This document shows, piece after piece, positions 1-13,700 of a stretch of 64,000 bases of DNA (its first letter is position 1; the number at the start of each line of letters is the position of its first letter). The stretch covers positions 25,710,299-25,774,298 of the forward strand of contig NC_134025.1 of the NCBI RefSeq assembly GCF_964204645.1, read 5' to 3'. The translations under genes and the position numbers were made by a program. Under the pieces are notes generated by a model. It saw nothing but the letters and a program-made list of their open reading frames with translations, had not been told where the DNA came from and ran no database searches. The DNA is from Tubulanus polymorphus. Its lineage: Eukaryota; Animalia; Nemertea.

Positions 1-3000
1 TCATAAGACTAATGGAAAATCAGTTTCAACGTAACATGAAGAAATCTCACAAGTGTCATTCGAACGTTTCCCCCCTGTACGAAAGTCATCTCATTCCCGC
101 ATTTATACAACTTCATTCATTGAGTTTCGAAAATGTCACAACGCGCTGCAAACAATCGAAAAAGGCTTTTATACTGCTTCTACGGGTTCTATTTAGTATT
201 CAGACAAATTCTGTGAATAGAGCTATACTTGGGGAAGTTACTGGTTGTCGTCCAGTCGGAATCGTCGTTAACAATACGAGTTACAGTTTGGCATAACCCC
301 GTCGATCAGATTTATGGTCACTGACAGTTGATTTCTCATCATCAACACAATATTCCAATACCGAGCAACACATTCCATAAAAGGGCTAAAGATAATAGAT
401 GGATTTTGTCCAAAGCCGGTGAATGTTACTGTTATTTTGGCTCTTCTAGATGAATCCGTATGATTTTGCATTAAATTGCATGTTACGTGTCACAATCTGT
501 CTTATTTGTCATATCAATCATATATCCGAAGACCGTAGAAAAGACCTGATTTTCTTTGAATAACGTTTGCTGTTAGCTCATATGATATGAAAATCAACTG
601 TGATAAAACGCACTTACAGTAGAATCTATTTTTCTATCTACCAGAAAGTACAACTTTTTAAGAGAGCATATTATACGGTTGAAAAGATAAAGACATATTG
701 CTCTCTAGAATATAAAAGAGTAAAAGTGTGAAATTCATACGATTTATCAGTCCCTGTAGCTATGCCAACTGGATATTCTAGATCTTTAATGCTTTTAAAC
801 GATTGAATTTGCAGGGAACGTTTTCGATACGCTTAATGCTATAATCAAAACTATTTTTTTTGTTATATTTGCCAGCAGCATGAAAATGATAAATATTTTC
901 AACTACTCTGCAACTAAAATCGATGGATTCTAGTTTTATACGAAAGTATTTGAACGGAAACAATACAGATTTTTATCGGTGTAAAACTGTTTCGAGGACG
1001 TAATCATTGCCGAAAAAAGTGTTAAGTATTTTCTAAGAGTCGACGAGAAGTTGAAATCTTGATCTTTCACGGGCGAAAGACGGGCGCATGGCGCAAAAAT
1101 CTCCATGGAAACTCCGCATCGTTGAATCGGTAGCATCCAATAAAAGAAGACTAAATTCCGCTAAGTCTTCGCTAATCATTGATGCATGGTGTACCCGATG
1201 AATTAGCGCGACAGGTGAATTGTTTCATTAAGTCATTAATTCCTTTTGTCTCCGCGATGCTTAACTGGAATCATTGCCGATGATAAACGACGTTACGGTG
1301 CGCACGCTGATGTAATTTTAATTACGCAAAAAACACAGTCACATCGCCCTCATTTCGAAGAATACAGTCGTGTTCGAGTAGAACAGTCACCGAAAAACTA
1401 TCTAACAAAATCATCAATCAGGATTTTACATGAATGATTGCAAAATGTTCACAGACGATGAAACGAGAACAGTTCAATGAAACGATATACGCCGTATTCA
1501 AATTCTAGCAACGGCAGCAATATTGGATTAAATAAAGTAAACACTGGCTCTGAATCAGGAAGAGTAATTGAATTTTACAATGTTTGGCGGGGCAGTTAAT
1601 ACTAGTCCTTGATTTATCGCTTTTTTTAACATAAAATATGTCACGATCAATACGGTTACGAACGCAGCAGCAGCAGGGTGCTACGCATGCACGCGAGGAC
1701 CAGCTTGCATTTCTGACTTCGGAGCGAAACTTTTTTTTCGAATCGAAATATAGATGAATAGCGCGCATCACGCCCCGCTAGTGTTTCATATTCTAGAGCA
1801 ATACCCAGAAATGTATAACACCCAAAATTCATCGACCGTTTGATTTTCAAAAAGAAAATGAACATTTGATAAATCCAAAATTGAATTCATATCGATCTCC
1901 AAGCGAAAATGCCTGGCATTTGCGAGAGATGATAGTTCTCTAGTCATTCCTGTCGTGATGGTTGGAAGTTATTTATGTGACTACCGGCCATATCTCGGAC
2001 CTGCGATTTTTTGCTGATCAAGACTCACTTAATGCTAATTCTGCGTACGCTGTTGATTAATTATCGCTGTAGGCTTCAACAAACTCAAGTAGTAACCATT
2101 CATGGCTCACAAAACGTCATTCTGTTGATGACAGCGGTTTTTACCTTCATCTAATGCAAACCGTGTTAGTCGGCATAATGAAATTTACTTGTCCCCGACT
2201 GACAGATGAAATTATGGTCGGAACACATACCGGGCCCCAAGTTACGATAAAAACTGTAATAGCTTCTCGCTATGACAATTTTCTGGGGTGTCGTGCGGTT
2301 ACATTCTTATCATTGGCTCGAAAGTATGGCCATATTGTCAATAAGATGACACATCGTGGTAACTTAATGGCGAGTCAATATGGCATAAAGTACACCACTC
2401 TCGGACACGAGAAATACAGCGCTTAGTATAGACCTTCCATGTCTGTGTCTCAGTTGTCTAGAATCCTCGATCTACGCGGATTTTTGTTTTATGATATCGA
2501 GTGTATAAAAAGTCGAGATAATGCTGCTTCAAGCTGAATAATGAAGCGTAGTTACCGCTATACGCGTGTTCGTCAACGAGGAAAATAAGTCTCACGATCA
2601 TAGCAAGTCTTTGAAAATATTTCCATACCATCCAACAATTCGATGATATATACGCAGATAGTAGCCAATATCATTTGGAATAGATAAAATGATGAATTAC
2701 ATACTGGTTGGAAATAAGAAGAGATAAAAGATATGTTTGCCGATTTAACGTCCGTAGATAGACCACCACCACCCGAGAATTCCCTGAAAACGGTACATTT
2801 GTCAACGATGAATACATCATCAAGCGAAATATCCCTCATCTGATGGTATTAGTTTATACATAACGCGAATAAAGCGGTCACAGTGCAAACATACATAATC
2901 GCATTGTGTACCTGAGGGACTTATGAGACCGTCGCAAAATAACAATAAGTAGACGGAAAGTGTTTGCGTAACTAGCATTATCTATATTACAGTAGACAAT

Positions 3001-6000
3001 GTTACTACAGTTGATATCACTGAAAAATGCATAAGTTCCTCGATGTTTTCAGGTCGGCGATGATCATGATGATGAAGTAGTTGTGACCACTGGCCTTCGA
3101 TAGTACACATTACGTATATACCAACAAGTCAAATATTCTCTATTGGAATCGTGAAGCGATTCGTTATTGCCTTCGTTTTTGAAAAATTGAAAAAAACTTT
3201 TATGGCATCACATGATTAAGCGTCGTGAATGAAATTTCAGCGAAGGTATGACGGCAAGGTATACCCCGCATTTATAAATATCTGACGGATTTAGTCGAAC
3301 GTAAAATTCTCTGCCGAGAATTCGGATAAGCATGAAATTCAAATCTAGATTAGCTCGCCCACCGACTGAAAACTAGAAAGCAACCATGAAGAAAGTTCAA
3401 TGATAACATGATGTTGCATAATTCCGATGGAATTAGTTCAATCGAAATTCATCAAACACAAATCCTCAAGGGGTTATATTCATATAGCTAACTATACAGA
3501 GATGGTAGTATAAAGTTTTACCATTTTCTCTACTATCACATCTATCATAACAGGGAATGTACTTCATACAGAGTCATTATACTAATTATTCTACAATGTT
3601 TCAAGAGGAACCGATGTTACGCTGAACTAACAAATCATTAACATCTTTCATATCATGTTCTTTTTGCGATCAAGGCATTTCAAAGAGTGGAGACTGAATC
3701 AATTTTAGATGATTTTAAAAATATACATGTTCAATAGATAGTATTAGATAAAATACATAACGACTAGGCAATGGCAGAGCTTTCAATATTTGATTTCAAC
3801 GGAAATGAAACAAAATAATTATTTTCATCTGAACGAAGAAGACCTTTTCGGGGTGAACTAGGGAAAAAATCGTTAAACCGACTGACAGGGTTCATCATGT
3901 AGAAATCCTGAACACGGCAACAACATCAACTGTGGAAGCAAATGTATATTTGATTGATTTCCCATTGGCACACGGGTGAGCTCTGAATAAAACCATCCAG
4001 TAACATTTATATCACCAACTCAAGGGGCCTCGTAAATGACAAGTGAAGAAAAGAAATACATGTTATCCAGACACATTTTATATCTGATGATCTCATCCGT
4101 GTCAACGACGGCAAAAAGCATTCAGATTGCTAAGAAAAAAATTATGTTAGTCAATTATCAATAGCCATTAATTCACAGATATCCTCCTCTTACCTGAATA
4201 AAGAAAAAAGCAGCTCGATATTTAATGACAAACGTATTATCTGCTGGAAATCTAGGGCTACTTCAAGTCAATCGACTAATTAATGAGTGATATGCGTGTA
4301 TATTCTATAGACTTTTCTCCATCGATAAACGGCCGATTCTTCTATTCAGAAATGTTCAAAAAACCTCTGAAAAATTAATAGCTTAAACACCAGTGAATGA
4401 ATAGTTGCCAATAACAACTCTGTATTCATCTCAATAGATGCTTTCCAGCAATAAGATTTTGTAATTGGTGATCCTTATATCACATTACTAATCCTGTTGA
4501 CGAGTGCCTCAAAGGTCTCGCAGAATATTTGGACGAGCTCTATAAATATTTTGTTGGGATCTTTATTTTACCTACGTCAAAATTATGATATCTTCGTGAT
4601 AGATATTCCGTTATCATATTATTAATCGCCAACTTCCAATATTCGTGTGACTTGTTTGGTTTGACGAGCCTGGCAGAAAATGCCAACCCAACGAACGCCA
4701 TATACTCAATAATACAACGATCTGGAGTTTGGACAAAATTTCAGATAGACGATATTCACAAACGTCCAGCCATCTGTGGACTTTACTGTTCATAGGTATC
4801 ATTTTACATCTTAGAATATTGATGTTCTCTCAAACTAATTGCATGGAATGCCGCGGGGTGCAATGTCCACAACCAGAGTAATTACAATTAAACTGATGCA
4901 ATTCAACTACTCAATAAAACGCTGTATGTTAGTGACGATATCAGACACGACGTCACTACGAGGAGAGAGAGACAGAAAGAGACATTAGATAAAGACTTTC
5001 AAAAATTCATTCCTTAATCCTCTAATTAAATCTATATTAAGGTTTTTAGTTCGGCTCGCGAAGGCACAAACGACATTTGAAACTGCCACGAGCGATCGCT
5101 AAACGAACACGTGATTCGACATCACACACGAAACTAATGACTTTAACTACAATTGAGGAAGCACGTCTACGATGTTGGTTTCAATCGGAAAATGCAATAA
5201 ACTCCCGCAAAACTCTTTGACTTGTGTTCTTTCTCGACGAATAATTGAGCTTAAGCAGTTTGGTGTCAGTTGTCTAACGAGCGCCTAAGGTCGCCAATGA
5301 TGTGAGCAAAAACGTGTGAATGTTCGATGAACTTATTAACCTCGTTCCGATAGTAATCGCAATCTTTTCCATCTTGATTTGTTAAATGAGGTTCGCCGTA
5401 TATTGAAACTCAATATTTACAACAATTATACAAATATGTCGGCAGAGATAATTGTCGGGACGAATTGAGAATGTGATCAATTTGCCAATACGGTGTCTAT
5501 CTGTATTTGCCCGCAAGTCTCATCAACGGGTGCATTGTTTGATAATAACTGTACTGAAATGACCTTCGTCGGAATAGGTTTTCACAATTACATGTTTTTT
5601 TATAGAGCACACCTGAGGTCTATAATGACGGCAGTGCATCACGTATAATATCAGAGAACTGGTTCATCTCGCCCTAAAAACCGTTACAATAACGTATATG
5701 TACATTGATACCTAGTAGGAGTCTGTATGAGGCGATGTGCACTACGTCATCAATATTGGCGTTTATGCCATCTCGGCTGAGGTTGGACCGAGGCGTGTAG
5801 AAATGATCAAGATCTGATCTTACAGCATATTGCACTTCTTGAATTATCGATCTCATCAATTATTGACAAATGAAAGGGAAAATGAAATGTAAAACTTGAG
5901 GAAAATGCAGTGATTAGAGTGGCAACTCCAGTGGGAGTTGATCGGCCGACGTTGTCGATCATTATTCTTCAAGACTTAGATCTGAAACATCGAACCAATT

Positions 6001-7530
6001 AGTAGCTTTAATTTCAGCTTGAATACCGTAACGTCTTCGGGAGAGAACTTTGATCCAATGTCGAACTGATGAAAAGTGATGGACAAATGAACAGTAGGTA
6101 ATAAGAACTTCTGTAATGGAATTGAAAGTAGATTCCTTTTCCTTATCCGTTGTCGGGTAGCATATAATCACAACAGCTTTTTCACTATAAAGCACTTACC
6201 AGTGGTAAGTGAGTGTGGTGGATATTCTTTGAAACGAATGGATGAAATTCATCATCAGTTAATTTAAGTTTCAATGATTATGATTATCTTCGATGATGAA
6301 ATATAATATGGAGAAGTCGCATTGGGAATTACTGAAGTGTGGTTGAAATTTACAAAATATTGGTGAGGATCTACATTGTGTACCCTCATGTTTTGAAACT
6401 GATAGATGGAGCTGTCCTTGCAGAAAGTCTTGAAATGGCTTGTGAAAGTCAATTTCAACTCGTACAAATAAATTTCTGATGAGGTAAATATATGTGGTAA
6501 ATCAAGATTTGTCACCTCATTCTGTATTTACAGGTATTGATATCAAACTCGGTTGATATCAAAGTCGCTTTGGCTTCCTTCCGTTGTGCGTAACGCGTAT
6601 GGATACATGATGATACATGATACATGATGATTTGTAGTGCTGTAGTACATTCTGTAGTATATTCCAGTTGATACTGCGATAAGTGGGTTTCATCGCACAG
6701 TTGAATAACAGGCTTCGTGTAACTTCTGAATAAACCTTTCTCTCCAACCACCACATGAATGACATTCCACTCATTCAAGTACACTAAATACAATATTCAG
6801 GAAACGCCCCTGAATTTTCTTTCTAGGTTTTTTATTCCCCTATATCCCCGGGCGTAATATGTATAGATTTTCCACAGAATCGGAACTACTAGTTAACGGA
6901 GTTTTTTCAAGAGTTTTGTAACGCAATGATTGCCTATAAATAATGTATGAAAAAATTAAAAACTTTGTAAAACGCCTCAAACATAACACTAACTTTGAAA
7001 ATCGTTACATATTAAAAAAAGGAGTGAACAGATCTGAATTTAAACACGCTGATATGTATTAGCATGTTCTAGTCAGATGTATCAGTGCTCACCAATCACC
7101 GCAACGTCACCCAGTTATTGATCTCCATGTACTGATAAATCCAATCGTACGAGTTTGGAACGGTTTCACAATTTCAATAACCTAATAAACAAACCTGTGA
7201 TGACGGCTGGAAATCCATCGCATTTATGCTGATAGCGGCTTACCCCGAACAAATCTCAAATCTGAACCACAGCAGTGGAACTCGACCGGATCATCTTAAT
7301 ACTTCAATCCCAAGTTGAATATCACCGAAGCAAAGATTCATTATTTATTAACCACGCTATTCGATCTCGTAATGTAGTTTTATTATCTCTCGCGATGAAC
7401 TTAGCAGAAGACATTCTCAAAACAGAACGGTTACATTATTGATATGAAAATTTATTTTCATGCCAGGATCTCGAATTAAAATGATGAAAACTTATGTAAG
7501 CAACTCATTAGAATAGCGAGGTATAATAAA

Positions 7531-8180
7531 TGTTGGGAGAGTTCTCGGTCCAACACCACGGGGTTTCGGGCTCACTCCAATGACAGGCGATGGGAGTGAG
7601 GGAGCGAGCGAGGAGGACTGTATAGGTTCTCGGACAGAAGCAAAGCAAAGGCCGGGCAGAAGCAGAAGCCAGGCGGGTCGACAAGGCAGAAGCAAAGCCA
7701 GGCGGGTCACCAGACAGAAGCAAATTTAGCGAGTCGGCCAGAGTCACGTTCCCTGGTTGAAGCAGCAAGGCAGAGTCGTCGTCCTGTCCCTTGAAGCAGC
7801 CGTTCCTTTCGTCATGAAATGACTAACTTTAAGACTTTCTTCAGACTATAGCGATTTATTTAGCGGAGAGATGTGTACAGTCAGGCTTGCATAGATGAAC
7901 TGATTTTACAGGATATTTGTTGCGGCTTTTATACAAAATCAGGCTGGGAACTAATTATGATTACAATCTGTTGAGAATGTTACAAACTGTCAAAATGTTA
8001 CTATAAAAAGGATTAAAATATACAAACGAGAGAACAGGCACAGTCTTAAACTAGTTAGAAACAAAATAATACACGTGTTATAGATTATGAAACGCGAGTT
8101 CACACGGGATCTCGGTGGTAACCAGGTCCACGCGCACTATAGCCATCTGGCTTTGATAAACTGTTGTAACGGTTACAACA
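7531..8180 (-). mobile_element. solo LTR (650 bp) of an LTR retrotransposon
   Basis: Termini TGTTG...CAACA, perfect 5-bp target-site duplication ATAAA (7526-7530 and 8181-8185), TATAAAA (~7927-7933) and AATAAA (~7855-7860) in the expected order on the minus strand, short internal CAGAAGCAAAGCCAGGCGGGTC-type repeats. Confidence 0.85.
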
Positions 8181-10019
8181 ATAAATCTATTCGCATTATA
8201 TTACGATCAACGTCGAGGGAGAGCTGTATACATCTACGGGGAGTAGTTGTCTACGTTGTACCTGTATCGATCAATGGAGAATTTCTTTCAGACATTTTCT
8301 GCATCGAGACAACATTTGATGGTGCCATAGTTTTTTCGCCATTTCCCATCCTGTACGTTCTAGTGACAAAACACATTCTTCAGCTGCAGGAAATCGCTCG
8401 ATAATTGAAAGCATCAAACACAAGCGGGATAGATACATAAATGGCTACTAGATCATACTGAATAAAAAAGCGCAGTATAGGTCCCCTTAGATAGGTCGTC
8501 AATTTCAAAGACAGTTTTATGTACGCAAATGAACCGTAGATTAATACGCGACAGCCAAAAACTATTTTTCTTCGATGAATTTTTTGATCTCACGAACGAT
8601 ATGGGAGCTCGTGTGAACGCTGCGCTAAAAGCCTCGAGTCATTAATATATGAATGAAATGAACAGGAAGCTTATTACTTCTTCGGCCGGAAATGAAGACT
8701 GATACACCTTAGATAGAAAATTTGTTCGCCTAAGCTCTTCATTTCACGCAAAATTCAATAAAGAGTTCGCAGCATTGAAACTGTGAAACACTATTTCGCT
8801 GTTGAATTAGAATCAATGCGCTCAATAACCCCCTAGATAGGTAAGATTATACAGGCTTTCCATATTGCTATTTCTTAAAAATAGACTGCACCGCTATGCG
8901 AAAATATCAATTCGTAAAGATTATTCACACGTACGTGATTTCATCAACATCTTACAAAATCGAATGATATTTATAACATTGAAATTCATAGGGATAGTTC
9001 AAAATTATTACTTTAGCGACTAACTTTATTCAATAATACACGTAATGTTAATCTTCAAACCTATCTCATAAGAAACGAATGAAAATTAATACATCCTTTG
9101 CGAGGAAAGTTCGAATAAGAATTTATTATGTGTCTTTCAGCTTTCAGCATTTTCTTTGTGCGCATCTTACTCATTGTTGAAGCTGCATCAGATCGTGAAC
9201 ATTTGCTAATACGATCGCTAACTAGTTTTATGACCTGCGGTGAAATACAGATACAACTCATTTCGAAACTATTATCAAAAATCGTTAATAATCAATTATG
9301 TAAAATGCACCGAAAGACAATACCGGTACATAGTTATTCAAAACAATGATTATACCTAGATTTATTTGAAAAGGCGATTTGAAATTGGTCTACTACTGTT
9401 CCAATACCGATTGCGTGTCAAGGTGTGGCACTGATGCAGGGTTACAATATGATTGATGCTATTGACGATTATCATCATCATTATACGAGTATGTTACATG
9501 TTAAAAGAAATAATTATCGGTTATTGATATTAAATATAATTGAAACAGAATTCTGTAGGCTGTTCATCCAGCGGGACAATTTCATCAACCTGATACACGC
9601 GCGGTGATTTCATATTAGATTACTATCATTGCAGAATAACTTATCGGATTTTTGTATTTGCCAGTAAGTATTTTCACAAATAAATGGATAGCGACATTAG
9701 AACTCCATCGCCACCAATTCTGTAAAAATAAGAGATATCTTGTTTCCATACTAATGGAATTGCGGTGATTGTCTTTCGCCTCTTCCTTGTCAGCCATCAG
9801 AGTTATTGCCGGCGTCTTCGATATAGATGTATATTCAAATCGAACACCAAATATGTAGAAATAGAAGTGTCAAGGATAAACTTAATAGAAAATAATCAGT
9901 TGAATGTATTTGCACACTATGCCGAATGCATACCAATCACCTGCAACTGCAGTCGGTGGCGTTTGTTAGACGCTAATGACATATGCCCTGAAACCAGGCA
10001 AACTTAATTTCCTCAGACC

Positions 10020-10720
10020 TCGCCATAATCACACGGAGATACCACACTTCCATTAGACAACATCTACTGATTGGCTACAGAAAACTGTTACTCCTAGAGG
10101 CTTGTAAAAAATAATCAGGCACTGCCCACACCCCGATGTATTTTCAGCTATGCCTTTATACATATTCATCTTCAAAAACGTGTAAGCACCTGCTACCGAG
10201 GCGTGATGTCCGCGCAGAAGACATGCCCGTGTTTGTTGGGTGAAAATTAAGTGACTGGTAGTTTTCATCTTCAGGCTGAGGTCTGTGATTCTATATGGCA
10301 TACGTAGTGCTCTTTGATCTGTTCTTAACAGCAATTCCTCCAGTATTACCACTTACGATACTAAATGGCATATGCCGTCCTCCATAAACACATCACGAGA
10401 GCAATGCAAATATTACAAGGAAAAGTCATCCTACCTAAGACTTTTCCATGACAATGTTCAAGTGCTTATTTTTGACATAAACCAAAGCTTCTGCAACTAA
10501 TCTAAAGACAACATAGGAAGCTAGTTAGTGGTACTTTTATTGCGGAATAAGACAGCTTTTTGGAACTTTAGCTCTGTGAATAATGGCCCGATATTTACAT
10601 TAGACTGATATAAGAAGACTTATGCTTTTATCATTGCTATTTCGATTGTGTATACATCATTCCATAACAAGGTGGTCCAGGAGGATAGAGGCTGTACTAT
10701 CTTGACATATTATCCTTTCC
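10020..10720 (-). mobile_element. decayed Ty3/Gypsy-like pol fragment (integrase zinc-binding region)
   Basis: ORF 10053-10352 reads TRACLLRGHHASVAG...MYKGIAENTSGCGQC...KPLGVTV...VDVV, resembling the HHCC integrase N-terminus followed by the PL...VGVD segment; flanking frames are broken. Boundaries approximate. Confidence 0.5.
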
Positions 10721-13700
10721 TTCTGGGATGTTCTTCTTTTTCTAAACCGATGGCATCAATAAACGCATTTGCGTTACAAAAATCTCCTACTGCTTTATCA
10801 ACGTCTTAAGCATGTTTGTATAGTATATAGCCTGCTTGTGTTCAACTTTGATTAATGGTTCAATAATTGATTGAAAGATTAACTTGCTAACAGTCAACAC
10901 ACAGGATGGGTACCATTTACGTGAATTTTATTGCCCGGTACTTTAGACAATCACTTTCGTTACGATATTGATCCAGTACCGAATGACTTTTTCCCAATAA
11001 AATTCAACGAGCCGGGAATAATTACCTTATGATCAAAATATACATGATCACATTTTTTCAAAAAAGTATATACAACCTTATTATCTGCATATCGTATCAT
11101 TTGAAGTATTTGTGTACAATGTTTCAGCCATTCAACGTCAAAAAGCTAAACTTGCATACAACTTGCTAAAAAGTTACGAAAACGTGTCGTGTGAAAAATA
11201 GAGCATTTTCAATACTTGGACTAGTCCTGTATGATTTAAGATTGGAAATGACGATTTTCCAACTCGGGGTTGAGAATCGCTTCGTGTAGGCAAAATGGGT
11301 AATGATGGTAAACTGGATTCGTTATTTGTACAGGTTATCCTGCGTACGCCAGGTTTCTCCTGATGAGAAAAACTCCTCTGTGTATTACAAGAGTCATCAA
11401 CGAAAGATAAGACACAATTAGAGTTCGAGTTACTTTGCTTGATTATCCTTTACTTGCGGGAGACTGTCAGTGCGGTTTTTCGAAACTAATATGTGACATC
11501 GTAGCATTGTACGTAGTGAAATATCGGCGAAAAACATCTAGATGAAACATCGAGCATCGTGTATCCTCAAACTAACAACTCATGTTGCTTACTCTCTACT
11601 CGTACCGTGTTAAGAAAGTGTATCTAACCAAAAATGTACAGTTTTGAGGTTACCTTGATTCGAGTGATATATTTACAACTAGAACAGGACAACGAAGAAT
11701 TTGCAAGAATTCTCAGCCGGAATCGACTGCACTAGCTTGACATATTTGAACAGTTTGGTAGCAATGCTATTTACTCAATGACAGATCTAGATTTCTCAGC
11801 TGAGGAAAGGACAGCAAGATAATTCGCATTACCCCTGCAGCAATTGTAGACCTAATCGATTCAGCAGATTTGTCAGTAATCGAATACCCAACCTTGAGGT
11901 AGAACAGCCATCATTCCTACAGCAGAATGATAATCAACGTAGCTAAGAAAAGAAGCACCATTTAGCGGATAATGCTTGACCATTATTGGACTAATTATTG
12001 TATCTAATAGTATTTGTGGGCCATCAGGTCGGAGAAAATAATTCCATCAGGACTAGACATCTCAGCCAACTTTTATAGACTTGCACTAACTTTACCCCGG
12101 GCTAGTTCTTTTCAGTCGCGTTATTACCATGGGTCAGATCTAAACTGAAAAATCGTTTAGGATCTCCAGGGGTTTGGTGCCGAGTTACAAAAGCACGGAC
12201 TTGATCAACACGTAAAATCGACTCGAGACAAACAATATCCTAAACGGGAGCGCATCCTAATGATGGATAAACTTTAAACAGTCATCCAATTTTCATAAGT
12301 CTTCTGCCAGACGTCATCTGGTTTAGATTGGGATCACAGAAAAGACGAATGGACTATTGAAGTCATTGTATAAAATGAATCATCATTTCTTTGACAAATG
12401 GCGAAGATTGTCAGATCCTCGCGATGAAATTGGTCTGTAGGGATGGGGGTTAAACTGAAAATAATTCATCAATTCATGCACGGAAATGTCAATTACAGAA
12501 TTACTAACTGCGAGATGCATCTGAGCAAACAGGGAATGATCTCTCCTACGGGCATTGGGGAAGCTAGGTGACACACACCACACAACATCTTCAACATGGA
12601 AAACATCATATCTCAATCAGTCACCTCGAACCGAATTCTTGTTACCGACATAGACATATATATTACATCAGGGACTTTTAATTTAGACACAAGATACTGT
12701 CGAAACTAATTTGTGTATAGACATTAAGTGAAAACCAACCTACAACATGAGGCTTCATTCGATAGCCCCACAGTATACCGAACTTAATCAAATCTGATAC
12801 TTCGCTTTCAAGCTGAAGATGAAGTCTTTTTTGGGGATTCCACATTAGTTATTTATGGCCAAATACATGTATATGGTCACGACGCTAAGAGAATACACGT
12901 CTGCGAACATCAGTTGAGGCCTTTGGCTATTTTATCATGTATGACAAAATGGAGGTATTCGTTCGTATCAAATACTGCAAGAACATATACGAAATAGAAC
13001 AAGCTTGGCTTTACAAATTGCTGGATTGCATGAACAGTTTGTAAAGATTTGTCTTCTGTCAAACGAAAATTGTCTGGCGAAGGAGCTGTACACACGGCGG
13101 AAATTGAATTATTAGCAGGATCTTTTACTCTCCTACAGTGTCGCAACATGCAGCGTAAATCAACGAAACCCTTTCTGCCCGACTCGCCGTTAAACACAAG
13201 ACGGTAGTAAAATTACCAGCATTATAGCTATACTTGGCAATTTAGTCACAACGGAGCATGCGATGCAACAATTAGAGATCAACATTCACTGGGAATATGT
13301 TCCGCGAAGCAAAAAAAAAACTGAAATCTGAGATTGCAGTTTTACCACACAGATATCACGCGGATGTAAATAATTCGTGAGATTCTTGATGAAAAATAAG
13401 TTCACATTTCATTTGCTGGTATCGGCGTGTACAGCCACAGCTATACGGTGATAATCAATTTTGTCAGCTGAATGTCCAAAGGATGTTCCTACTACATGTA
13501 GTTTGCTTTTGGTAAAAAATACACCTGGCCACCGGGAGAGGCTCGATTGGATGCTGGCTATTGATCCTTTCTTCCAATTGGATACCTGATTTTTGCATGA
13601 AATGCTCGCCGCAGCCTATGCCTCGGGCCAGCATTTCTCATTCCAGTCTCATAAATCCATAAACCTCTTAGAAGATTAGCAAACCATGGCCGCCAGAAAA

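Noticed and set aside
618-637. GTAAGT donor with nearby acceptors
   Set aside because: Possible exon lengths of 8, 16 and 20 nt are not frame-preserving.
11355-11410. Hammerhead-like CTGATGAG...CGAAA (also CTGATGAG at ~21764 and ~21875)
   Set aside because: No convincing stem II or stems I/III; the latter two lack a properly placed GAAA.
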